A stretch of DNA of 54,873 nt. Source: Candidatus Parcubacteria bacterium (lineage in GTDB: Bacteria; Patescibacteriota; Patescibacteriia; Patescibacteriales; UBA12075). The stretch lies in assembly GCA_023142915.1 (NCBI GenBank), contig JAGLIO010000028.1:1-54873 (forward strand). The letters run 5' to 3'. Shown piece by piece: positions 9,490 to 17,734 of this stretch. A program made the position numbers and the translations under genes. The notes beneath the pieces were generated by a model. It ran no database searches. It had not been told where the DNA came from and saw only the letters and a program-made list of their open reading frames with translations. How positions within the stretch are numbered: the first letter of the stretch is position 1; the number at the start of each line of letters is the position of its first letter.

Positions 9490-9564
9490 AGAACATTGCA
9501 ACGCGCGACACATAGCGCGCAACATAACAATTTGCGCTGCATACCGGCGTATTTTTAAATAATT

Positions 9565-10134
9565 TTATAAATATTTTAATATTTTTTTATCCATCCCCTT
9601 GTTATCAAATTTTTTTAAATATTTTTTTATCTTTTTTATGTTTAAATTTTTTAAATCCATTTCTTCAACATCAAATAAAACACATCCATTAAGAGACAAA
9701 TAAATCTGATCTAAAAAGGCTTTTTCAGGCTCGGCTATTAAAATAGAATTTATTTTTTTAAACCCCCAAAAATATTTTTCCTGGATTTGATGATAGCGTA
9801 TTACGGTATTGTTGATTTCATAGCTTTTGCAGCGTTTTATTGACGCCAAAGTAATAGCATGTGATTGCTGGCTTAAAATATTATAATAAGCAAGCGCCCA
9901 TTCAAAAGACAAATAGCTTGGCTTATAAATATCAATGCTGAATTTTTCCAAATCAACTCTTAGCGAATCAACCGCGTAATATCCGCGAATTAATCTTTTT
10001 AACTTGCCCTTTTTAACCAATCTGTTAATCGCGACTTTTAGGCTAGCTTCTCGCGTAGCTGATATTTTTTTAATATCATTAAAAGTAAAATAGCCTTTTG
10101 GTATTTTATTTAGTTTTTGAATTAATTTGTTCAT
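9565..10134 (-). CDS. AbiEi-like antitoxin / wHTH regulator (type IV TA)
   Basis: N-terminal wHTH-like FTFNDIKKI...AINRLVKKGKLKRLIRGYYAV. Paralogous to 17806-18402 (YKPSYLSFEWAL / AEPEKAFLD). Overlaps the NTase gene by 29 nt. Confidence 0.7.
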   Translation of the reverse strand: MNKLIQKLNKIPKGYFTFNDIKKISATREASLKVAINRLVKKGKLKRLIRGYYAVDSLRVDLEKFSIDIYKPSYLSFEWALAYYNILSQQSHAITLASIKRCKSYEINNTVIRYHQIQEKYFWGFKKINSILIAEPEKAFLDQIYLSLNGCVLFDVEEMDLKNLNIKKIKKYLKKFDNKGMDKKILKYL

Positions 10135-10801
10135 AAAGCTGCTCTATGATTTTATAATATTTTTTTGGCAAAAAAACTTGCAATTCATTTTTAAAATGCC
10201 TTTTTGTGTAATTCGCGATTTTATAATCAAAAATAAAATTTTTTCGCTGCAGTTTGGCAATATACCATAAATCAAAAATATCACGAGCTTTTTTTCTATC
10301 CAAAATCGCGGCTATTTTTAAATTTTTTAATTCATTCAAAGTCGGCACGAGCAGTAGCGGCGACAAAATACTAACAGGGCTTTTTATTAGAAGCAATTCG
10401 GTTTTTAATTTAAGTTTTTCTTTTGGTTTGCGGATTTCAATTTTCAATGAAAAATTATGTTTTAATTTTTTATCACTGACGTTAACTAAGCCAAACCAAG
10501 TATTTCGCTTATCTTTTATATCTTTTAATTTCCAATTATTATTTTCTTTTATGATTTTTCTTAAAAAATTTTCAAATTCAATATACTTTGCCGTTTTATT
10601 TAATATCAAATCAATATCCTCCGAATACCTTGGTGAATTATAAGCTAAGCGAAGCGCGGTTCCGCCGTAAAAAATGATTTTTGTTCCAAAATCATCATTA
10701 GCGAGCTTGTCCAAAAAAATCATTTCAGCCTCTTCCCTGATAATTTTATCAATGGAAATATCTAATTTTTTTTGATATTTATTTAATTCTTCCAAATTCA
10801 T
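10106..10801 (-). CDS. AbiEii/AbiGii-family nucleotidyltransferase toxin
   Basis: NTase motif IIFYGGTALRLAYNSPRYSEDIDL (DUF1814/AbiEii type). Confidence 0.8.
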   Translation of the reverse strand: MNLEELNKYQKKLDISIDKIIREEAEMIFLDKLANDDFGTKIIFYGGTALRLAYNSPRYSEDIDLILNKTAKYIEFENFLRKIIKENNNWKLKDIKDKRNTWFGLVNVSDKKLKHNFSLKIEIRKPKEKLKLKTELLLIKSPVSILSPLLLVPTLNELKNLKIAAILDRKKARDIFDLWYIAKLQRKNFIFDYKIANYTKRHFKNELQVFLPKKYYKIIEQLYEQINSKTK

Positions 10802-10810
10802 AAATACTGG

Positions 10811-10834
10811 AAAGTTAACAAATTTGTTAACTTT
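10811..10834. promoter_or_regulatory. perfect 24-bp palindrome, candidate AbiEi operator
   Basis: aaagttaacaaa|tttgttaacttt, 10-34 nt upstream of the ATG of the minus-strand NTase gene. A TATAAT (revcomp of 10847-10852) lies 12 nt upstream of it on the minus strand. Confidence 0.55.
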
Positions 10835-10962
10835 TATGTATTGTTAATTATATTTAAATAATAGCTTATTTTTTTGTTTTTGTCTAATTTTTATAAAAGG
10901 CAACACTCGGCGGTTTCTGTCGCAGAGAGGGGTTCACAAAAAAATAATCACAACTCTTGCTC

Positions 10963-10991
10963 TTGCATTCCTCGTCTAAAAATCTTATAAT
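10963..10991 (+). promoter_or_regulatory. near-consensus sigma70 promoter for smc (TTGCAT-N17-TATAAT)
   Basis: ttgcat at 10963-10968, tataat at 10986-10991, ATG at 11017. Confidence 0.55.
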
Positions 10992-11016
10992 ATAACTATA
11001 AAATAAACTCATTTTT

Positions 11017-13677
11017 ATGTATTTGGAAAAATTAGAAATTCAAGGCTTTAAGTCTTTTGCAAATAAAAATACGCTTGTGTTTCCCGGCATGCTTGATGAG
11101 AGCAAACGGGGAATTACTGCCGTGGTCGGACCGAACGGTTCCGGCAAGTCTAATGTGGCTGATGCCGTGCGCTGGGCGCTGGGAGAGCAGAGCATGAAGA
11201 CTTTGCGCGGAAAAAAATCCGAAGATGTGATTTTTTCAGGCTCGGACAAAAAAGGAAAACTCGGTATGGCTGAGGTTTCTTTGCATTTGAATAATGAGAA
11301 TGGAGTTAAATCCGGCAAATCCCCGATTGAATATTCGCAAGTTGTTATTACCCGCCGTTTGTATCGCGATGGCGACAGCGGGTATATGATTAATAACAAT
11401 CGTGTCCGCTTGTCAGATATTCAAATGCTGCTCGCGCGCGCGAAATTCGGACAAAAAACTTATAGCGTAATCGGACAGGGCATGGTTGAAGGTTTTTTAA
11501 ATACTTCTTTGGCGGAACGCAAGGAATTTTTTGATGAAGCTACCGGAGTTAAGCAATATCAAATTAAGCGCGATGAATCCTTAAATAAGCTTAGATCAAG
11601 TTATGAAAATTTATCCCAAGCCCGCATGCTTTTGTCCGAAATTGAACCAAGGCTAAAAAGTTTGACCAGGCAAGTCAGCCGCCTGCATAAGCGAGGCGAG
11701 CTGGAAACGGAGTTAAAAAGCGCGCAAACAGATTATTATAGCCGGATTTGGCATGATATTAACGAAAAATTCAAGAATTATAATCATGAATACTTGGAAT
11801 TGGAAAAAATTAAATTTGTTAAAGAAAAAAAACTGGATAATTTAAATAAAGATTTAGAGCAGTTGAAAATTGAAAGCGAAAAGGAAAATGAATTTAATTC
11901 ATTGCAAAACGAATTGGGGCAGATTCAAGGAAAAAAAGACGAGTTAAACCGCGCCTTAGCCAAAATTGAAGCGCAAATGGAAACCAAGTTGGAGGCAAGC
12001 GGACAGCATGATTTGTCTTTTTTGTTTAATAAAAAAGAAGTAATTAATAAGGATTTGGAAAAAATAAGCGAAGAAGACGCGAATTTAAATTTAAGCATAA
12101 AGCAAGAACAGGAAAAAAATCAAAGCTTAAAATTCACAAAAGACAAAATTGATTCTGAAATCAAAAAAATAAGCAAAACTCTCTCAACAGAAGAGGAAAA
12201 CACGGAAGATGATAATATGAAAACCGCTAATGAAATGCTGCATAAAATATTAACGGATTTGGAAATAGCCGAGAGCATTACTGAATTTGAAAAAATCAAA
12301 GCCCTTACTTTAAGAATAAAAAAAGAGTTAAAAAAACTGAAAAATATTATTTTTAACAACGGCAATTTAAATAATCAAAATAATAAATTAAAAGAAGCGC
12401 AAATTGTTTTAAGCAAACTGTCGCAGGAAAAAGAAGAATTAATAAATAAAATTAATGAAAATAATCTTTTATTGTCAACAAAAACAGAAAGAATAAGATT
12501 GTTAAATGAAAAAAAACAAAGCCTTGCAAATGAATTATTAGAAATTGAAAAACGTTTGCAGCAGAATGAAAAAAAATCAGATTTTAAAGAATTGGGCAAA
12601 GAGCAGTCTGCTTTAAAAATGGAAATTGTTGCCGCGCAAGAGAATATTTTAATCATTAAAGAAAAAATAAGCAGCATCAGCGCGTCAGAAGAGGAAAAAC
12701 GCAATCGCCTTTTTTCTTTGCAAAAAAATTTACAGGAATTGCAGAGTGAATTAAATGACAGCAATAACAAAATGCAGTCAATAAAAATTAACGCAACTCG
12801 TTATGAAACGCGCTTGGAGGATTTGGAAATTGAGATTAGGCAGGAACTAAAAGATTTAAGCGCGATTAAAAATAAAAGCGGGGAAACAGGCGAAATTGAC
12901 AATGATTTTATTGCCGGACTTAAGGAAAAAATCAAACAGATTAAAAAACAGCTTGAGCTTATCGGCGGAATTGATCCGCAAACAGAGCACGAATACAATG
13001 AAACCAAAGAACGTTTTGATTTTTTAAATAATCAAGTAACGGATTTTAGTTCCGCGGTTGATTCTCTTAGAAAAATAATTAAAGAGCTTGACTCTGTAAT
13101 TAAAGAGCAGTTTGACAAAGAATTTAAGGTCATCGCGCAGAATTTTGAAAAATATTTTAAAATTTTATTTAACGGAGGCAAGGCAAAAATCGTAAAAGTT
13201 TTAGAAGAAGCAATGGATGAAGAAGAAGACACTAGCGAGAAGAATCAAGCAGGACAAAAATCGGAATTGGTTGCTTTGCCGGATATCAAAAAAATTAAAT
13301 TCTTGCAAAAGCATAACGCGACCGGCCTTGCCGGCATAGAAATTCAGGCTACTCCTCCTGGCAAAAAAATAGGATCAGTTTCAATGCTTTCCGGCGGCGA
13401 ACGCGCCTTAACCGCGATTGCCTTGATTTGCGCGATTATCAGCTCCAATCCATCTCCGTTTGTTGTTTTGGATGAAGTTGACGCGGCTTTGGACGAAGCA
13501 AATTCCGAGCGCCTCGCGAAAATTTTTGACGAGCTATCCCTTAAAACCCAATTTATAGTCATAACCCACAACCGCGCTTCAATGCGCCGCGCCAGCATTT
13601 TATACGGCGTAACAATGAGAGACGACGGAATTTCCAAGTTGTTGTCGGTTAAGTTGGATGAGGTTAAGGGGAGATAA
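11017..13677 (+). CDS. smc: chromosome segregation protein SMC, short form without a recognisable hinge domain
   Basis: Head motifs FKSF, VVGPNGSGKSNVADAVRWALGEQS, LSGGERALTAIAL and FVVLDEVDAALDEAN. 886 aa. The middle is continuous coiled-coil-like sequence. Confidence 0.85.
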   Translation: MYLEKLEIQGFKSFANKNTLVFPGMLDESKRGITAVVGPNGSGKSNVADAVRWALGEQSMKTLRGKKSEDVIFSGSDKKGKLGMAEVSLHLNNENGVKSGKSPIEYSQVVITRRLYRDGDSGYMINNNRVRLSDIQMLLARAKFGQKTYSVIGQGMVEGFLNTSLAERKEFFDEATGVKQYQIKRDESLNKLRSSYENLSQARMLLSEIEPRLKSLTRQVSRLHKRGELETELKSAQTDYYSRIWHDINEKFKNYNHEYLELEKIKFVKEKKLDNLNKDLEQLKIESEKENEFNSLQNELGQIQGKKDELNRALAKIEAQMETKLEASGQHDLSFLFNKKEVINKDLEKISEEDANLNLSIKQEQEKNQSLKFTKDKIDSEIKKISKTLSTEEENTEDDNMKTANEMLHKILTDLEIAESITEFEKIKALTLRIKKELKKLKNIIFNNGNLNNQNNKLKEAQIVLSKLSQEKEELINKINENNLLLSTKTERIRLLNEKKQSLANELLEIEKRLQQNEKKSDFKELGKEQSALKMEIVAAQENILIIKEKISSISASEEEKRNRLFSLQKNLQELQSELNDSNNKMQSIKINATRYETRLEDLEIEIRQELKDLSAIKNKSGETGEIDNDFIAGLKEKIKQIKKQLELIGGIDPQTEHEYNETKERFDFLNNQVTDFSSAVDSLRKIIKELDSVIKEQFDKEFKVIAQNFEKYFKILFNGGKAKIVKVLEEAMDEEEDTSEKNQAGQKSELVALPDIKKIKFLQKHNATGLAGIEIQATPPGKKIGSVSMLSGGERALTAIALICAIISSNPSPFVVLDEVDAALDEANSERLAKIFDELSLKTQFIVITHNRASMRRASILYGVTMRDDGISKLLSVKLDEVKGR

Positions 13678-13784
13678 ATTTTTAAGAGAAATATTTTCTA
13701 CTATCTGGTCTTTAACAGCCAGTTTTTTTATATCTTTTTTAATATGTTTTTAGCTAAAATTAAATAAAAAATAGCCAACCCTAC

Positions 13785-13813
13785 TTGACAAAATAATTAT
13801 TATGTGATATGTT
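13785..13813 (+). promoter_or_regulatory. sigma70-like promoter with extended -10 (TTGACA-N17-TGaTATGTT)
   Basis: ttgaca at 13785-13790 and tatgtt at 13808-13813, preceded by tga. It lies upstream of the ATG at 13889. Confidence 0.45.
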
Positions 13814-14067
13814 GAATTATTGAAATATTTTTTTGGTTGATTTTTTATCAAAAAGTGCTATTATTTAATGAGATATTAAAATCTTTATATGGATATTGGA
13901 AATAAAATACAATTAAATACAATTGAGCAACCTGCGAAAAAATACATTCTGATAATAAAAGCACCGAATTACATAATCAAGACGAAAAAATAACAGTATC
14001 ATTAGAAAAAATTAAAAAAGCGCGGGAAACAATTTTAAAAACATTTGGCATTGAATCGGATAAGAAT

Positions 14068-14967
14068 TTGGACGATTTTAATGAAATATTAGAAAGCGCA
14101 ACAAAATCTTTGCCAAAATATCAAGAAATAGAAAAAATGTTATCCTGCGTAGAAAAGCAAAAATTACCATACGAACTTTTTAAGATTTTAAAAAAAGAAG
14201 CTGATGTTAATATGCAAAATGATTTAAATATCCCGGAGGATGGAGCATTATTTGAATCAATGAAGCAAGGAATGCTTGAATGCGCCGGCAGAACCTTGGT
14301 CGCCTCTACTTTTTTTCAAGAACACAGCGTTGACCATGTTGCCGTTTCCGCGCCAGGACATTCTTTCCTAATTATTGAGCAGTCAGAAAAAACATTAATT
14401 TATTTTGATGTCAATAATAATTTATTTTTTACATTTTCGAGATCAGCGCTTAAGGGCTATGAAGGAATTAGCACATCAAAAGAATGCCAATTAAAAGAGT
14501 ACGCGCCGAGAAAAACTGATTTTTACGACGGAATTAATACGACATTTTCTCACTTTCTTGCTATGCCGGCAAAAGAGGCTATCGACCGCCAATATCTTGT
14601 CAATGTCGCGGCGGCGTTAAATGGAAATAAAGAATTTTCAAAATCCAATATTCAAGTTGATAAAGACGCGGCTGAAGCTGTTTTTCAAATTGAAAAAGAA
14701 ATTTATGGTGAAAATTTTGTTGCAGAAAACTTTTATTCAAAAATGGATAATCTTTTTGAATCGCAAAAACTACAAGAAGAGAATGATAAAAGAGTTATTA
14801 ACAAAATATTAAAAGAGCACCCAACACGTGATGAATTTATAAATTTTTTACCTACATTGCTTAGCGGAAACGCGGGAAATAGAGTGCCGTATGTTAAAAA
14901 TGCCTCGCTTGAACAGAAAAATTTTTTGCAAAAAAACTTTGGAATTTATTGCAAAAAGAAAATATAG
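14068..14967 (+). CDS. hypothetical protein (possible papain-like Cys-His core); N-terminus probably lies upstream across a frameshift
   Basis: 299-aa ORF starting at TTG. The frame is open back to 13927 with coding-like sequence. ATG 13889 is in the +1 neighbouring frame (see finding). ECAGRTLV...GHSFLII...YFDV. Confidence 0.5.
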   Translation: MDDFNEILESATKSLPKYQEIEKMLSCVEKQKLPYELFKILKKEADVNMQNDLNIPEDGALFESMKQGMLECAGRTLVASTFFQEHSVDHVAVSAPGHSFLIIEQSEKTLIYFDVNNNLFFTFSRSALKGYEGISTSKECQLKEYAPRKTDFYDGINTTFSHFLAMPAKEAIDRQYLVNVAAALNGNKEFSKSNIQVDKDAAEAVFQIEKEIYGENFVAENFYSKMDNLFESQKLQEENDKRVINKILKEHPTRDEFINFLPTLLSGNAGNRVPYVKNASLEQKNFLQKNFGIYCKKKI

Positions 14968-15111
14968 AGAAGAAATCCGAGTAGGAGAATAGGCAAAATT
15001 TTTTCAGAGTTTTTGGCTAGGCTTCAAGTTTAGGGTTAGTAAGTAGTTACATGCTTGCCTATTAACTGCATAATTATTATTTTAATAAAATAACTCAAAT
15101 GCTTTCTACGG

Positions 15112-15170
15112 GATTCCCGATCATTTAATATAATACTCTGCGGGGCTAATGTGTGTCGGGAATGACAAAA
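15112..15170 (-). repeat. 59-bp hairpin-forming repeat element, copy A (inverted relative to copy B)
   Basis: The reverse complement ttttgtcattcccgacac...gcagag...ttatattaaatgatcgggaatc aligns with 17162-17220 at roughly 80% identity by eye. Its own termini gattcccga/tcgggaatc are inverted repeats. Confidence 0.8.
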
Positions 15171-16622
15171 AATAAAATGCCAGAACAAAAAAGCAAAAAT
15201 CAAGTTGATATATTGTTTGTCAATCCGCCGGTTTCGCAAGAAGAGCGCTATGGCATAAAACTTAAAGCCGGAGGGCAAACTTTGCAGACGGGTTTAGCGG
15301 TTTTAGCCGCTATCACACGCGCAAAAGGATATAATACGCGCGTTTTGGACGCAACCGCCTTGGAATTAAGTTATGATGAAGCAGTTAACGAGATATGTAA
15401 AATCAATCCAAAGTATATCGGCATAACCGCGGTTACTATTTCCATATTTAACGCCGTAGAGATAATTAAGCGCCTAAGAGCTAAAAATAAAAACTATACA
15501 ATTTTTTTAGGCGGTTCGCATATTACCGCGGTTCCAAAAGAAACTTTTAAAAGATTTCAAGAAATTGAAATCGGCGTAATCGGCGAGGGAGATATAACGG
15601 TTTTGGAATTAATTAAAGCTTGCGATGATAATGAGGATTTAAGCAAGATAAAAGGCTTGGTTTTTAGGCGCGGTAAAGAGTTGATAATTACGGAAGCGCG
15701 TGAGCCTTTTATGGATTTGGATTCTTTGCCAATGCCTGCATGGGATTTGTTCCCGAACATTGCTGAATATTATTATCCTCCCGCTCATACGGTTAAAAGA
15801 TTGCCAGCGACGGTGTTAATTACATCCAGAGGCTGTCCGGGAATGTGCACTTATTGCGATAATAAAGTTTTTGGCCGCCGCCTGCGCTGTTACTCCGCCG
15901 GTTATGTAATAAAAATGATAAGGCATTTGCAAAAAGAATACGGGATGCGGGAAATTCAGTTTCGGGATGATAATTTTCTTGTTTTCAAGGACAGGCTTAA
16001 AGAATTATGCAATCGTATTATTGATGAAAAAATTGATATAGTTTGGAGTTGCGCCGGGCGAGTTGACATGATAAATGAAGAGATGTTGGAGCTTATGAAA
16101 AAAGCGGGATGCTGGCAGATTTGGTACGGGGTTGAATCCGGCAGCCAAAAAGTTTTAGACACGATTAAGAAAAATACAAGTCCTGAAAAAATTAGAAACG
16201 CGATCAATTTGACAAAAGAGGCCGGCATTTCACCTTGCGGATTTTTCATGATCGGCATGCCGAATGAAACCGAAGAAGATATTAAGATGACAATAGATTT
16301 GTTGCTTGAGCTGCCATTGGATGAATTTCATATGACGCATTTAACGCCTTTGCCAGGCTCGGAAATACACGCGACCGCGCGCGATTACGGCGAGTTTGAA
16401 AATGATTGGAAAAAAATGAGCGTTTGGTCAACTATTTTTGTGCCCAAAGGCTTAAGCAAAGAAAAATTAACCTATTATTCAAATTTGGCGTTTAAAAAAT
16501 TTTATTTCCGCCCGAGAATAATTTGGCAATATTTATTAAAAATAAGATCACCTCGCCATCTATCTGTATATTTCAAGGCGTTTTTAGCTTTAATTTCTTA
16601 TGTTACGCAAAAAAAGAGATAA
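15162..16622 (+). CDS. B12-binding-domain (class B) radical SAM protein
   Basis: N-terminal Rossmann-like B12 domain (ILFVNPP, IGITAV, FLGGSHIT). Radical SAM motif ITSRGCPGMCTYCDN. C-terminal FYFRPR. Start at ATG 15162 (track: GTG 15153). Confidence 0.85.
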   Translation: MTKNKMPEQKSKNQVDILFVNPPVSQEERYGIKLKAGGQTLQTGLAVLAAITRAKGYNTRVLDATALELSYDEAVNEICKINPKYIGITAVTISIFNAVEIIKRLRAKNKNYTIFLGGSHITAVPKETFKRFQEIEIGVIGEGDITVLELIKACDDNEDLSKIKGLVFRRGKELIITEAREPFMDLDSLPMPAWDLFPNIAEYYYPPAHTVKRLPATVLITSRGCPGMCTYCDNKVFGRRLRCYSAGYVIKMIRHLQKEYGMREIQFRDDNFLVFKDRLKELCNRIIDEKIDIVWSCAGRVDMINEEMLELMKKAGCWQIWYGVESGSQKVLDTIKKNTSPEKIRNAINLTKEAGISPCGFFMIGMPNETEEDIKMTIDLLLELPLDEFHMTHLTPLPGSEIHATARDYGEFENDWKKMSVWSTIFVPKGLSKEKLTYYSNLAFKKFYFRPRIIWQYLLKIRSPRHLSVYFKAFLALISYVTQKKR

Positions 16623-16639
16623 TTATTAATTCAAAATAT

Positions 16640-17227
16640 ATGAACAAAAAAGAATTTACAATTGTATTATTAGTGTTGGTAGTTTTCGGCGTTATGTATC
16701 GCTTATTGGATTATCCGCCGAATTTTACTCCAATCGCGGCAATCAGCTTGTTTGCCGGTTATTATTTTAGAAGCAAATGGGTTTTTATATTGCCTTTGTT
16801 AATTTTGTTTTTAAGTGATATAATGATAGGGTTTTATGATTTTAAAATTATGCTCGCGGTTTATTTATGTTTCGCGATAATTCCTTTTTTAGGATTTTTA
16901 ATTAAAGGAAAAAACAAAACAGGCAAGACTATTTTTGCTTCGCTATCAGGCTCAATTTTATTTTTCGTAATCACAAATTTCGCGGTATGGTTTTTTGGAA
17001 GCTGGTATAGCCATGACTTCAGCGGTTTAATTAGCTGTTACACAATGGCAATCCCATTTTTCCGCAATACCTTAACAGGCGATTTATTTTTCAGCGGAGT
17101 AGTTTTCGGAAGCTTCGCGCTTTATCAGGTTTTCGCGGCAAAATTAATGGATAACCCTCACTTTTGTCATTCTCGACACTCCCAGCCTCGCAGAGAAATT
17201 ATATTAAATGATCGGGAATCTCTTTAA
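16640..17227 (+). CDS. small polytopic membrane protein, DUF6580-like putative (vitamin) transporter
   Basis: About 5-6 TM segments. YPPNFTPIAAISLFAGYYF and CYTMAIPFFRNTL motifs as I recall them for DUF6580 (unverified). Start at ATG 16640. The last 21 codons are encoded by repeat copy B. Confidence 0.65.
   Translation: MNKKEFTIVLLVLVVFGVMYRLLDYPPNFTPIAAISLFAGYYFRSKWVFILPLLILFLSDIMIGFYDFKIMLAVYLCFAIIPFLGFLIKGKNKTGKTIFASLSGSILFFVITNFAVWFFGSWYSHDFSGLISCYTMAIPFFRNTLTGDLFFSGVVFGSFALYQVFAAKLMDNPHFCHSRHSQPRREIILNDRESL
17162..17220 (+). repeat. 59-bp hairpin-forming repeat element, copy B
   Basis: See copy A. It forms the 3' end of the membrane-protein ORF (FCHSRHSQPRREIILNDRES). Confidence 0.8.
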
Positions 17228-17256
17228 AAGATACGAATATAAAATAATCCACAAAG

Positions 17257-17712
17257 ATGAAAAAAAAATATATCTATTATGAAAAAATTCTTTTTATACT
17301 AATAATTATATTAGTATTAACCGGCTGTACAACAGTTAAAACAAATTTGGTTTTACAAAATCCAAAAGAGCTTGGCGTTGAAGAGGAAGCCAAAGAAATT
17401 TTAGTAACTTTAAAAATTAACAACGGACAAGACGAAAAAGTTTTTGAACATAATATTCAAAAAGGAAAAACAGCGTTTGATTTAATGAAAGAATTGCAAA
17501 CTAAAGGCAGCATTGAATTTGTTTATGAGGAAAGCAATGTCGGGGTATTTGTTAATAGCATTAATAACATTGAAAATAACGTAAGTGATAATATTTTTTG
17601 GATGTTTTATGTAAACGATAAAATGGCAGGCGTTGGAATCGGCGCTTATGATTTGCAGAATGGAGATGTGGTAGAATGGAAATATATTAATACTGAAAAT
17701 ATAGATTTTTAG
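17257..17712 (+). CDS. lipoprotein with DUF4430 / transcobalamin-like C-terminal domain
   Basis: Lipobox LVLTGC. DUF4430-type motif IFWMFYVNDKMAGVGIGAYDLQNGDVVEWKY. Confidence 0.75.
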   Translation: MKKKYIYYEKILFILIIILVLTGCTTVKTNLVLQNPKELGVEEEAKEILVTLKINNGQDEKVFEHNIQKGKTAFDLMKELQTKGSIEFVYEESNVGVFVNSINNIENNVSDNIFWMFYVNDKMAGVGIGAYDLQNGDVVEWKYINTENIDF

Positions 17713-17734
17713 TACTTTGTTAATAATCAGTAGA

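Noticed and set aside
10895-10945. GC-richer patches in AT-rich spacers (10895-10945 ggcaacactcggcggtttctgtcgcagagaggggttcac, and 54135-54190 gcaggcatgcgggttgatgagcgggctg).
   Set aside because: I could not find convincing helices or matches to known RNA motifs. They may be small RNAs or binding sites but are unsupported.
14988-15063. A 9-bp inverted repeat aataggcaa / ttgcctatt separated by 58 nt, upstream of repeat copy A.
   Set aside because: The arms are short and the loop is long, with no associated motif. It is likely fortuitous.
15036-15278. An 80-aa minus-strand ORF whose end (FCHSRHTLAPQSIILNDRES) resembles the C-terminus of the 16640-17227 protein.
   Set aside because: The similarity comes from the 59-bp repeat element being translated in both places. 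The ORF overlaps the radical SAM start and has no other support.
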